DNA of 64,000 nt, taken from assembly GCA_951406725.2 (NCBI GenBank), contig OX597821.1, forward strand, positions 5,580,001 through 5,644,000, in the 5' to 3' direction. The notes below the pieces were generated by a model. It was given only the letters and a program-made list of their open reading frames with translations, was not told where the DNA came from and searched no databases. Positions 14,504-28,579 of the stretch are shown piece after piece. This DNA is from Octopus vulgaris. Its lineage: Eukaryota. The position numbers were made by a program, and so were the translations under genes. Each line of letters opens with the position of its first letter. Position 1 is the first letter of the stretch.

Positions 14504-15019
14504 TATACATATATACGTATATATAATTATATAAATATATTAAAATATATAGTAATAGAAAGAAGGCCAACAATGTGATAACGCTGATAAGAATGATGAT
14601 AATTGTAATGGATGGTGATGGATGGTGATGGAGCGTGACGGAGTGGGTGATGTTGATGATAATGATGATGATGATATTTACGTTGGCAACGCTCAGATTT
14701 TCTAACTATATATGTGTATGTGTGTGCATGTGTGCGTATGTACATATATATATGGTTCCTAGATGTATGTACGTATATATGTGTATATGTATATATATAT
14801 ATAAAAACAAACACAGTCGCGCGCGCGCACTCACATATAGACATAATGAAGTGAATTACCAATTCCTAATAACAACTGAGTGCAAATATATATGGAATCC
14901 TAAACAAAAGGAGTGGTTGGCTGTCTTATTTCCTCATATCCGCCATAAATCTCTCTTCCCCTTTTCTTTCCCTCTCATTTCCAATATATCTATATGTATC
15001 TCTTTTTTCTCTGTATCTG

Positions 15020-15037
15020 TCTACTTTCTATCTATCT

Positions 15038-15083
<46 letters not shown>

Positions 15084-15092
15084 CATCTATCC

Positions 15093-15123
<31 letters not shown>

Positions 15124-15136
15124 CATCTATCTATCA

Positions 15137-15172
<36 letters not shown>
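15020..15172. repeat. (TATC)n microsatellite
   Basis: Direct inspection. Confidence 0.95.
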
Positions 15173-17364
15173 GCTGCTTAGAATTGTCTATTAACAAACA
15201 TCTATTCAATTGCAAAATGGCGTATACGGAAAATAAAACTCTGGAAAGGAAGATTATAAAAAGAGAAGCCGTATAATAAATCTGAGGTTTTAAAGAGAAT
15301 TGATTTTATTTTCTATTAATATAATAGATTAGACTCAGATATGTCTGTGTGGTTAGGAAGTTCCTTCTACAACCATGTAGTTTCCCGTTCAATCCCACAT
15401 CTCCAGTACTTGGATAAATTAAGTTCCAGATTTAAAACTAAGTAAAGTACTGGGCTTTCTTTGTTCGACTAATTCCTTCAAGCATGGCTGCAGTCTAATG
15501 AAAAAAAACAACAAATAAAATTATAACAAGAAAAAACAACAAGGAAAGAATTTAAGTGTACTCGAGTGTAAGTGATATAAAATGGCTCTGACTGTCTTTT
15601 GGAAATTCACCGCCATATTAGTTTGTTAGGCGTCTGTGTATTTTTTTCAGTATTCATAATATTTCACGAAGATAAAAACAACTTCCACTATAAAAATGTG
15701 GAACCTCCTTACAACTTCGAGGATTGGACCATTTGACAGTCGAGTATCTTGGTTTCGTCCTTTCATGTCGCCTTATTTGCGCGTCCGATCATATTATTTT
15801 AAGGCTGTTATTGCGTTAAAACACTCAACACCGAACCGCTTTTGCCAATAACCTCGTGTTTCCACCTCAACCACCAACATCTTGAAAGAAATCAAATCAA
15901 ATACAAGCATCCAATGAATTGATCATGTTTTTTTTAGCTTTTGTTATTTTATTATGCGTAGTTGATTACTTTCTTTTTCTTTTTCTTTTTCCTCTTTTTT
16001 CTTTTCTTTATCATGGCATTCTTATTTAATAAGGGAAATAACAAACCTCGTGCTCAGCAAAATCCAATCCATGCAACGGTTATCAATAAATTATCCTTAT
16101 CTCTTTTTACGGATTTTAATTTACAAGGTTAGAGAAATGATAGGGAAGTTTGCGTGTATTACGCTGAATATTTTCGCCACGTTCAAGTGATTAGTCGAAC
16201 CTTATTTGCGAAGTTTCCTGTTATCCGACACCGTTTTCAATTAAGCCATTTTAATTTAGTCGTGATATAGGAAGCCATTATTTTAAGCAGTGACGACATT
16301 CACGAGAATTCTGCTAGAGATTTAATCACCTGAAAATAAAACGTAGAAACGAATGTAAATAATTAAAAAAATACAAGGTTAATTCGTTACACCAATCATT
16401 GTTATTTCTAACTGGGCACAAGGAAACTATTTATAGAGTAGAGAAAATAAGATTAATTTTCCTACATTCCTCGGAACATTAGATTGTAAGTGAAATGGCT
16501 TTGACTGCCGCTTGCAAATATGTTGCTGTATTAGTTTGTTCTGCGCTCAAGTTGTTTCTTTTTTCAATATTCATAATATTTCATAATAATAGCAGCCACA
16601 GCGCCTTCGAGCCTAAATTATTTTCAAACTGCCTCACTATTGCTAAACTACATCTAAATATTAACTTCGCATATCATATGATATAATCCTTAGGCTGCAA
16701 ATATTAACAGCTCGTAAATGAGACTTTACTATAAAGTAATTTATCAATAAAATTAAGGTTTTAATTAAAGTGAGTTAATTGAATTTATAACTGAATTTAG
16801 TATATGCTGTATTTCCAAAATTTACTTGGCTGGTAACATGAATGTTCACAAGATGTGCTTCTTGTAATAGAAGCAACAGAGATTAATTAACTTGGAGCTA
16901 ATAAAAATATATTGCTACTTTGTAATATATAGTATTTTTCAGATAGACAGGAGGATATTCAAATGCAATGACGTATAAAAATTTTGTAACATACCGTTAA
17001 TCTAACTATCAGACAAACCCTAAACTACTTACATTAACCTTTTTTTATGTTTTTGGAAATCACTCACTTTATTATCGTTGAAATATTTCTTATATATATT
17101 TTTATCTCACCGCCACTACACTGGTACTGACGGCGCTTTAAATGTAAAGAACAATTGGGTAGTTTTGCATTACATTTCGCTTTGCTTCAGCTCTAATCTC
17201 AACTATATTTGGACTAAATCCGGCTGACACTGCTTGAACGAATTTAAGAATATGACCGGCATTTACTCCAAATTTTAAGTCCTCGAATATATAGAAGAAT
17301 AACACCAAAAATGTGCACCGTGTATTTACAAATGTGTCCATCTGTGAATATATATATATATATA

Positions 17365-17498
17365 TTTCTTTGTAAGTCTACTACTTATTCTATAGGTCTC
17401 TTATACCGAACCGCTAAGTTACGTGGGCGTAAACACATCAGCATCGATTGTCAAACAATAGTTGGAGGGCAAACACAGACACACAAACACATACACAC

Positions 17499-17571
<73 letters not shown>

Positions 17572-17725
17572 ATATACACGACGGGCTTCTTTCACGTTTC
17601 CATCTACCAAATCCACTCACAGGCTTCGGTCGGGCGGAGGCTATAACAGAAGATACTTGCCTAAGGTGCCACGCAGTGGAACTGAACCCGGATCCATGTG
17701 GTTGGGAAGCAAGCTACTTACCACA
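17365..17725 (-). mobile_element. SINE family A (3'-truncated)
   Basis: Reverse-complement head and body with internal (TA)n. Confidence 0.85.
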
Positions 17726-17741
17726 CACACACACACACATA

Positions 17742-17791
<50 letters not shown>

Positions 17792-17939
17792 CACGCATTT
17801 TTTTCTCTCCTTGTTTCTTTTCTGTGTATCTTTCTGTCGGAGAGTGTAGGCTCGAAACATACTAAGCGCCATACTAATACATTTGTTTGTTTGTACTCCA
17901 CCTGCCTTCGTCTTTTGTTTATTTTCGTAAGCCTTCCCG

Positions 17940-18004
<65 letters not shown>

Positions 18005-18396
18005 CATGTATTTGAAATACTGGACTTATGAATGCGTATGTAAGTTTACACGTATGCAAATTTAGATATACACGTATCTATATTTGCATACGCCTATGCC
18101 TGTAATATGGAACAGATAAACATTGCCTTTTTTATATATTATACATAAGTGTGCATACTCAGCAATTCTTTCTCCTTTTCGTTTCGTTTTCCTTCCATTT
18201 TTATGCTTCTTAAATACTTCATTTCTTTTCTTTATCTCTAACCAGTCCTTGTGGTTTTCCCCATCATATCATTCATATTTCTCTTCACACAAACACATTT
18301 AACCGCTAAACATTACGAAATCTGAAAACTATTTTGCATAAGCTCATGCTAACACTTGCTAAACTACCTTCATAGTTCTCCATCTCTCTATCTTGT

Positions 18397-18478
<82 letters not shown>

Positions 18479-19351
18479 ATCATTCTCTTTCTCTCTCTCT
18501 CTCTCTCTCTTCTCTCTCTTGCTCTATCCTTCTGTCTCGTCTAAAGCCTCTAAATACATTATCTACCACATCTAAGCGACCCTAACCTACTCGTATCGCT
18601 CTTTCATACCCACATATACACACATACACAAACACACACACACACACACACACATAAACACTCTCTCTCCCTCTCTCATCCTCTCTTTCCCCCTCTCTCT
18701 TTCTCTCTCTCTCTCACTTTTTTCTATACTTTAATATAAGTATATCTCTTCTTCCCATTTCTCATTCTCTTCGACTATGATACTTTGTTTCATCTTCCCT
18801 TCTATTTTCTACTTATTTTTCTTTCCTTTTCTCTCTACCATTGACTTCCTCTTTATTATCTCCCTTGCCTTCTTTTGCCTCTTGTACGAATCATCAATTT
18901 TTCTCCTTTTTATGTTTCACTTGTCAAGTCTATCACTTTTCTTCTATATAATTCCATATGAGTTTTTGTAAGATGTTATATGTATATAAAAGTTTTCTTA
19001 GTGTGTCGTTTTTTTTAATATAGGTGTTTTTTTAAAAAGATGCTTATTTGCTTTCTTTATGGGTTTAGTTAATTGAAATTTATATGCACGTGAATGCGCC
19101 TACAAGCACGTGTAATGCATATATATACGCGCATGTGTGAGTGTGTGTGTGTGTGTGTATCTTCAATATATTTATACACGTGTATTGCATATATATAATA
19201 TATATAACAAATGATAGAGACGAGGAATAGAATGTATGCAATACGTATATACACGTGTATGGCTTATATATTATACACACACAGGCACACACACACAGAC
19301 ACACACACACACTCATACACACACACATACACACACACACATATATATATA

Positions 19352-19428
<77 letters not shown>

Positions 19429-19785
19429 AATGACAGAGACTGAGAATGAAATGTACGCGGAATTTTATTCCTGATAACGATCGTTTCGACCCACCCTGCA
19501 TCGATTCCTCGCGGCAGAAGTTTTGTGCATTTGGTTGTGGTGCATCTGTCATTGAATGAGGTGAGTTTAAAAGGGGGAGTCTTCAAATAAACCCAATGTG
19601 GATCGGTTTTAATACAGCATGTTCTTAGTGAACGTACGTTTAGGCCGTTGGGCAGGAACGGCGAGGGGCAGATCACGACAATTGTGTACATACCGTGAAT
19701 AACGTCAGGAAGTCAAAAGCAGTGAGGCACTGAACGTGCTTCATTGACTAACTACCAGGGACATCCATTCGACTAAAAGTTCAAG

Positions 19786-20130
<345 letters not shown>

Positions 20131-20140
20131 TATATATATT

Positions 20141-20202
<62 letters not shown>

Positions 20203-20231
20203 TCAAAGCGTATATATATATAGGACAGGCT

Positions 20232-20695
20232 GACAGGCTTCTTTCTATTTCTGTCTACTAATTCCACTCAAGGCTTTGGTTGGCACAAGGCTATAGTAGA
20301 AGACACTTGTTCAATGTGCCACGCAGTGGGATTGAACCCGGAACCATGTAGTTGGGAAAGCAAACTTCTTATCATACAACCACGCTTGTATACATGAGTT
20401 AGCGGATTCGGTAGACGGATACTCAGTGAAGCCCGTCTTCTATATGTGTGTGTAAGTGTGTGTGTGACTGTGTATTGGTGTCTGTGCTTGTTCCCCACCC
20501 TATTATCGCTGGCAACCGATAATGGTGTGTTTACGTCCCCGTGAATTAGCGGTTCGGCAACAGGGACGGATGCAGTAAGTACTAGACTTAGAAAGAATAA
20601 GTGCCGTGGTCGATTTTTCGAGGAAAACCCTTTAAGGCGGTGTTCCAGCATGGCCACAGTCAAATAATTGAAACAAGTAAAAATTTAAAAGAAAA
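20232..20695. mobile_element. Two family A SINE pieces in opposite orientation: 5' half on minus (20232-20386), 3' part on plus (20401-20695)
   Basis: Sequence match to family A on each strand. Confidence 0.75.
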
Positions 20696-20732
20696 AGCAA
20701 TGTATATATATATATATATTTGTATGTGTACA

Positions 20733-20808
<76 letters not shown>

Positions 20809-20962
20809 ATGTATGTATGTATGTATATATGTATATGCATTGCTAGTGACTTGATCTGAGATCGTGTGCTGGAACGAAAACAATTGCAGCGTGGAAGGTG
20901 TTTATAAGCCATTTAAGAAACACACAAAAGCCGTTCGATTCACTCCAACATTTAAGTTTAAT

Positions 20963-21010
20963 TTGTCAAAATATTTTCGTCGCTAAAATCCGCGACCTGT
21001 TCACTGACAA
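20963..21010 (-). ncRNA. Minimal type I hammerhead ribozyme with G3-C8 core
   Basis: Minus strand: UUGUCA (stem I) GUGAACA G GUCGC-ggauuuua-GCGAC (stem II) GAA AAUAUU (palindromic stem III) U UGACAA (stem I'). Confidence 0.7.
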
Positions 21011-21087
21011 AGTCCGTGAGATGCAGCACGGACTTTGTCAGTGAACAGGTCGCGGATTTTAGATTCACTTCAACATTTAAATTTAAT

Positions 21088-21136
21088 TTGTCAAAATATT
21101 TTCGTCACTTTGAGACCGCGACCTCTTCACTGACAA
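21088..21136 (-). ncRNA. Hammerhead motif variant (core GUGAAGA, different loop II)
   Basis: UUGUCA GUGAAGA G GUCGC-ggucucaaa-GUGAC GAA AAUAUU U UGACAA; G3/G8 mismatch. Confidence 0.5.
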
Positions 21137-21410
21137 AACTTTGACGCAGCACACACATTATATATATATTTAATCTTTCTATAAGATATAATTTTTCTAA
21201 ATGGTATAATTGAATTTTTCGTTACTGAATTGATAAAAAGGTGCTTTTTCTAATTTATATATATATATAAATATATATATATTTCAACAATTGAGGGTAA
21301 AATTAATTAATTATTAATCAATTTCACCAAGTGTTCAGTATGCAAAGGGACCATTTAAGGCGAATTCAAATTATTACATTATATAAAAGGGCTTAGTAAA
21401 ATAAATTACT

Positions 21411-21483
<73 letters not shown>

Positions 21484-21576
21484 CTGTGTGTGTGCGTATG
21501 TGAGTGCGCGTGTGTGTGTGTGTGTGACTGTGTATTTGTGTCTGTGCTTGTTCCCCACCCCATTATTACTGGACAA

Positions 21577-21967
21577 CCTAGTGCTTACTGTATCCGTCAC
21601 TCTTGGCGAACCGCTAATTCACGGGGACGTAAACACACCATTATCGGTTGTCCAGCGATAATGGGGTGGGGAACAAGCACAGACACAAATACACAGTCAC
21701 ACACACACACACGCACACACACATACGTACACACGCACAAACATACGCACACACGCACATATATATATATATATATATTATTAGAAAAAAACACCTTTTT
21801 ATCAATTCACACGCACACAGATATATATATATACGACGGGCTTCGTTCAGTTTCCATCTACCAAATCCACTCACAAGGCTTTGGTCAGCCCGAAGCTAAA
21901 GTAGAATATATTTTGGCCAAGGTGCCACGCAGTGGGACTGAACCTGAAAAACGTGATTGGGAAGCAA
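21577..21967 (-). mobile_element. SINE family A, rearranged, abutting an inverted piece of itself (21434-21570)
   Basis: GTGACTGTGTATTTGTGTCTGTGCTTGTTCCCCACCCCATTAT at ~21524-21566 and its reverse complement at ~21658-21700. Confidence 0.75.
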
Positions 21968-22394
21968 ATAATAATCCAAATGATAAGACAGTGAAATAAT
22001 TTAACACGCCTCTACTGATCAGTTACAATTGTTGCTCCACCATCTCTTCTTTGAACGCTAGTTTACTTAAAAGTTCGAAGTGAGAATTTACGTAACATTA
22101 TCAGTGTTAGCCATTAGAGTGACACTTCATATGTATATGTGTTTGTGTTTCTCTGTGTGTGTGTGTGTGTGTGTGTGTGTCTGTGTGTGTTTCTGTGTGT
22201 CTGTGTGTGTGTGTGTGTGTGTGTGACTACTTGCACGAATATGTGTGTGTGTGTACAGTATTTACATGTGTGCTTCTTGTTCAAACATGTTGAAACTCTA
22301 TTGTTCAGTTAACAACTTTGACTATTATTATAAAGGAGAACAAATGAAGACAGAAAGAGGAAAAAACAGATACTAACTGATACAAAATATGAAG

Positions 22395-22442
<48 letters not shown>

Positions 22443-22447
22443 TAGAC

Positions 22448-22512
<65 letters not shown>

Positions 22513-22519
22513 TGTAAGC

Positions 22520-22615
<96 letters not shown>
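22395..22615. repeat. (GACA)n(GATA)n microsatellite
   Basis: Direct inspection. Confidence 0.95.
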
Positions 22616-23232
22616 GAATTGGAAAGTTATAGAGACAGTAGAAAATGTGTAAAATGGATACACAAATACAAAATACAAGAGAAGACGTTTCAGAACCATT
22701 TTAAAATATCACAGAAATAAACAAGACATCAATTTTCTTTTTCTTATTCTACCTTGTGTAGAATTATTCTAGAATGTCAACAGCAGAAGGAAGAAAAATA
22801 CATTCACGTCAAAAATATTTGCTTTCTATTTTATTTCTGCTTTAAGACAAATAGAAAGAATGTAACGAATATCTAACGACAAAAATGAAGAGAAAAATTC
22901 AGACATTTTGAAATTTAGTGACAAGCAATTAGGTTGAGTCGGCGAGTGGGAGAACGAGACTATAGTGGTATAGATATAAGTGTGTAGCTATATATGCGTG
23001 TGCGTGTGTATATATGTGTGCGTGTGTGCTTCCGCATGTGTGTCTTTGTTCATATGCATGTAATAATCTATACAGACACATACACATGTAAACGTATATG
23101 TATGTTTGTGTGTGTATGTGTGTGTGTGAGGGGTGCGTATGAAAGTTTAAAATGTATCAACATAAGCGAATCTCTCCTTCTGTCTCTTTCGCTTTACATA
23201 TATATACATATATACATTACATACATACACAC

Positions 23233-23300
<68 letters not shown>

Positions 23301-23462
23301 GTCCCTGTCTTTGTGCGTGCGTAAATATATATGCATATATTAGGTTGAGCGCATATGAAAATATCTAAAGGTGTCTGTTAGTATATGAATATATATATAT
23401 ACACATACTCTCACACACTTAGACATTTATGTGTGTGTGTGCGTAAGTATGAGCGTGCGTGC

Positions 23463-23524
<62 letters not shown>

Positions 23525-23885
23525 CTGTTTAATCTCGAAATAATATCAAGAAGATAGAAACAGAATTTTTTTAAAATTGTAAATTTATAAAGTTGAACCG
23601 GATAACCTGTAAAGATACACTGATCTGGAATACATTCTGTAATAACAACTTCTTTATGGTAGGAAAGAATGTTCGTACTTCGTTAGAAACCTCTGTATAA
23701 GAATAACATTAGTCAAAACGTTAACTCTCTCAGAGAAATAAAGTCTAAACAAAATGTACGAGTTCATATATAGAACTGCATCTGTGTATTTATGTATGTA
23801 TGCATGTATGACTCTGATGTATGGTTGTACGTATAACTCTGGTTTTGCATCTTAGTTAAATCGTTTTGAATACTTTTAAAGTATT

Positions 23886-24297
23886 AAAGCCGGCGAGCTG
23901 GCAGAAACGTTAAGCACGCCGGGCGAAATGCCTAGCGGTATTTCGTCTGTCTTTACGTTGTGAGTTCAAATTCCACCGAGGTCGACGTTGCCTTTCATCC
24001 TTTCGGGGTCGATAAATTAAGTACCATTTACGCACTGGGGTCGATGTTATCGATTTAATACCTATGTCTCTCCTTGTTTGTCCCCTCTGTGTTTAGCCCC
24101 TTGTGGGTAATAAAGAAATAGAAATAGGTATTTTGTCTGTCTTTACGTTGTGAGTTCAAATTCCACCGAGGTCGACGTTGCCTTTCATCCTTTCGGGGTC
24201 GATAAATTAAGTACCAGTTGCATACTAGGTCGATCTAATCGACTACCCCCATCCTCTCCAAACATTTCGAGCCATGTACTTAGAGTAGAAAAGAATG
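23886..24297 (+). mobile_element. Dimeric family B SINE
   Basis: Head GGCGAGCTGGCAGAAACGTT, body, tail TTTGTCCCCTCTGTGTTTAGCCCCTTGTGGGTAATAAAGAAA, then a second body from GGTATTT and a different tail. Confidence 0.88.
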
Positions 24298-24456
24298 TTT
24301 TTTTAAAACATTTACTTATGACAAGAGTGACGTCTTCGGTGTTAATTTTTTCAAGTCTTCTTCGGTTGTCAGATATAGATATTTCACTTGCATCAAGTAT
24401 CTTATTTTCTGTTCTTGGATTTCAAAATCTTTCCTTTCAAAATAAGAATTAATTAA

Positions 24457-24648
24457 AGTCTAGAATTGCCTATTCTGCTTTTCTAGTTAGTCTAGAATTG
24501 CCTATTCTGCTTTTCTAGTTAGTCTAGAATTGCCTATTCTGCTTTTCTAGTTAGTCTAGAATTGCCTATTCTGCTTTTCTAGTTAGTCTAGAATTGCCTA
24601 TTCTGCTTTTCTAGTTAGTCTAGAATTGCCTATTCTGCTTTTCTAGTT
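24457..24648. repeat. Minisatellite, 6 perfect copies of 32 bp AGTCTAGAATTGCCTATTCTGCTTTTCTAGTT
   Basis: Direct count. Confidence 0.95.
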
Positions 24649-25139
24649 TGCTACATATCGTGAGCTTTCTCACAGCATAACCATGCATTACCTTTTACTG
24701 ATGAAATATAAAAATAACGATCCCTTGATTTTCTGTTACAGTGCTGCTGGGCAATTTTCTCGATATTTAAGCCAGGTTACCGATCAGAGATGTCTTTAAG
24801 AGCACCTTTTTTCCAACTCTCAAAAACATTATTTGCTAAATGTTTGCATATCAACGCAGGTCGTCGAATGAATATTTGCGTCATTCAGAAGCTGGTCAGC
24901 GCTATTGTAGGCTTCTACCTCAGTTCTTTGTTTAACAGTAAATAACACTATTGATGTGAAAATTCCTGGTGTGTCCCATTTGGTTTTCACTTTTTTAACT
25001 CCAGCATCGATCTTATCTAGCGATCGACTGAGTAACCAAAATGTTGATTTAAGGATTGCAGTAGCTAACATATTTATATTTGTAACACACAGAAAGCTTT
25101 GAAAACAATATTTCTTTTCATCTCGGTGCAATATTCTCT

Positions 25140-25305
25140 AGTTTCGTCTGTCTTTAGATTCTGAGTTCAAATTCCGCCGCAGTCGACTTTACCCCTTTCA
25201 TTTTTTTAGAGCCGATAAAATAAGTTCTAGTCAAGCACTGACTGAGTAAACTGATTAACTCCCTCCCACAAAATCTCAGACCGTGAGCCTATAGCAGAAA
25301 AGATA
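25140..25305 (+). mobile_element. SINE family B fragment inside the old LINE
   Basis: TTTCGTCTGTCTTTA..TTCTGAGTTCAAATTCCGCCG. Confidence 0.75.
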
Positions 25306-27042
25306 TAAAATTGGTGGTTTTTATCTTCTTAAAAACTAATTGACACAACCTTCAGATATCCGAAACAAAACATGGTAAATACAACACCACGAGTATAAAC
25401 GGCATCATAGAATATAACCCTCTGAGCTGATACACTCTCAGAAACACACTGCAATCATTCTCTATGTCTTATGTCAGAACGGTGACCTAATATGAAGGCA
25501 TACGGTATTATTATGATCTCTGCAACTTTGTCAGCCTAAAGTGACTCTAGCTCCTACGAACATGGAACAGATTAAGATGGTTTGTTGCAATCCAGCTAGA
25601 CTAAAACAAAATTCATTCTATACAGTCGATTCTTTGGTATGACAGTTTTATTGTTCGGTACAACCCGGAAACTTATCCCTTAACAGCTGTGTTTCTCTGT
25701 GATATTGTTATCATAACGTAGTCGTGAAGGAATAGTTTCAGACAAATACATATACTTTATGCATTCAATGTTGGCATGGAATTGGACATATTTTTCGCCT
25801 TGTGATTGGCTCTGTTCCATTGTATCAGATTTGTTTCCGTCAATAACAATCATTTTGAGATATGTATACAATGACTGAAAATGCGCTGAGTGTTTGATAG
25901 CATACTGTCGATCAAAGATCAATTTTATGTACCAATAACTGACAACCAAATCTCTGGAGTTTCCATATCCTGAAATATTTTTGTTTTGCTGTTCTTTTTT
26001 ATCAGTATCTGAATGCTGTCACCGTTAATGCTGAACACATTTGATGTATTGCATGAACAATAAATCTTATGAATTCGAATCTCTTTTAACCACACCGCAT
26101 CCCGGTCAAAATCCTTTCTATTCTTACTCCAGATTTTTTTCTCCAGAAGGAATCCATAGATACACGAGGAGATTCTCTTACTTCTATCAGCTCCCGTTCA
26201 TTTCTCTTTAAACAGTTGGTTGATTTCAAATGTATTTCAAGATTATTTTTCTTTCAGCTCCCTTCTTCCTATGAAGAAATTTAATTCCTGATTAAAGATG
26301 AACCCCATATAATTAAATACTCTCTTTTGATTTGCAGAACTCAGACATTTTTCTGTTTTCTTTTTCAGCTTTTGTTAAGTAAATTTATAGCTGTTTGTTT
26401 CCATTTGATATGTATAGTCACTTAAATAATATTCTCCTGAAAATCAACATTCCTTTTTCAATGTTTGACATCTATGCTGCCATTTTTTCTTCATCGTTCT
26501 GTAGATGTTTAAGTCTTAAATGTTTCCAAGATACTGCTTAATAGTAATGGGAAGTGAATAAAAGCAGGTGTCTGTACACGAAAATGAATGGATATTAATT
26601 TCTTGTATGTATTCTCTCCTTACGTCGTTAATCATTGTCAACATCAGCTTAATAGTTTTGTCATCAATTCTAATTAAATATGGTCTATCTTGCAGCTGTA
26701 CTTGTACTTTAAAGAATGAATTAATCTTCTCTGAAACATTTCGTTAAGAATACTTTTCAAATGCTTATATACTTCTCTTTCGTTATTAACAATACACTTA
26801 GTCTCTTTTCCAACTACATACCTAGGTATCGGTTTTTCACTCTCTACCGTATGTTGATATACCTCACTGTGATATACGGGAGAAAGTATGTTCCGTTCGG
26901 TATAAGCAGGAGATCATTTTACTTTTTCTATGGATAAAATAGATGAAGCTGAGCTCAGTACAAATCTTTTAAGATTGGTACTTACTCTATTGCTCTCTTT
27001 TTGTCGAACCACTATGTTACAGGGATGCAAAAACTATATATA

Positions 27043-27083
<41 letters not shown>

Positions 27084-27133
27084 GCCTCCTCCATATATAT
27101 ATATATGTATATACATATATGTGTATATATATG

Positions 27134-27164
<31 letters not shown>

Positions 27165-28579
27165 ATGTGCATATATATTTCCCTGCATTTTCCTCCTATA
27201 TATACACATTTTGTCTCCCATATATGTTTTTTTCCCCATATATTTCTTCTCCTACACCTACATTCTTCCTATCTAAACTCTTTGTTTCCCTATATCTATA
27301 CCTTTTCACATTTCTAACTCGGATGTTGAGCGCACACCGCCAAACTCCACTTCCCACCCTTCCAATTTTCAGTTGCCCCCGCCCGCCCCTACGTGGTCAC
27401 CTTTAGCACACACCTTTAACTTTACACTTTCAACCACCTTTTATTTTTTCCTTCATCTCATGTTAAGCTTTACCCGATTATATTTTTATTTTACTTTATC
27501 CTATTCTATTTCGCTTTACCTTTATTCTTATTTTTATTTTCATTCCTTATTTTAATTCTTATAGTTCTTATAATTTTTATATTTTATTTCTAACTTTTAT
27601 ATTGTTTTTCTTATTTTATATTGTATTTCTTACTTTTATTTCTAATTTTTATTCTTACCCTCATTCTTACTCCTATTTTTACCCCTAACTTATCGCTTTA
27701 TATCTCTACATATGTCTACTTTTTGCTTATCCCTTATTTACTTATCTATGGATCCGCTTTATGATTATACGTGCGTCCGTGTACGTATGTATACGTATAC
27801 ATATGTGTACGTATGTACGAGTAAACATCTACGTCTGGATGTGCATACCCCGTTACTCTTCTTTAATAATTTTCTTTAATAATTTTCTTTAATAATTTTT
27901 TAAAATTTCTTACATGTTTTTTTACATGTTTTCGCAGATTTCTTATATGCATATGTTTACACATATTTGCATACATCTTTTAATATCTTATAGCTACACC
28001 TATACGCGCGTATGTCTCGGTGTGTGTATGTAAGTCTATATGTACACGCACATATAGACACACAGCCGTGTGTACGTGTACGTGTAGACGTGAGTGCGTG
28101 ATTCTTTACATGCGTTCTTATATACATCTTTTAATATCTTATATCTAAACCTGTATGTGTGGGCATCTGTGTATGTGTATGTAAGGATGGACGTACGTAT
28201 GTATATATAGGTGTGTGTATATGCGTATGTATGTATATGTATACATGTGCATATATGTATGCATATGTGTATGTGTATATGTATATGTGTATGTGCGTGT
28301 GTGTGTGTATATGTATATATGTATATGTACACGTATAATGTCCATGTATATATACGCATATTCTGTTGTATCTATGTATATATGCGCATGTGTGTGGGTG
28401 TATATGTGTTTCTGTATATGTTTACACGTGAGTACGTATGTTTGCTTATATGCTTGGAGCTGTGTATGCATGCGTATATGTGCGCATGTATATGGGGGTA
28501 TGTATACGTGCGTATATGTGCGCATGTATATGGGTGTATGTATCCATGCTGGTATGTATGTACAAAATGACCACTTAAG

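Larger units (their letters stand above)
20836..21150 (-). mobile_element. Penelope pLTR-like repeat in partial tandem plus inverted arrangement
   Basis: Reverse complement of 14131-14340, then an inverted fragment (~21027-21062), then a second partial copy (21062-21140). Confidence 0.7.
24300..26800 (-). mobile_element. Old, heavily decayed Dong/R4-type LINE (RT to zinc-knuckle region)
   Basis: Broken minus-strand motifs in the expected order: KY.PIPCQ..MHK (NYRPITCL-like), GCTEQ, *LDCNKPS*SVPCS* (WLDYKKAFDSVPHSW-like), WLLSRSLDKIDAGVKK, SYFE..FEIQEQKIRYL, EDVTLVISKC (homologous to 9820-9980). The 5' boundary is approximate. Confidence 0.65.

Noticed and set aside
17828-17865. CTGTCGG-A-GAGT(gtag)GCTC-GAAACAT hammerhead-like motif
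   Set aside because: Core too degenerate and stem I' missing; counted only as a possible remnant.
19440-19780. GC-richer unique segment as exon or enhancer
   Set aside because: No recognisable protein motif or convincing splice pair; cannot be supported without conservation data.
24457-24648. CRISPR array
   Set aside because: Contiguous tandem repeat without spacers, eukaryotic context, no cas genes.
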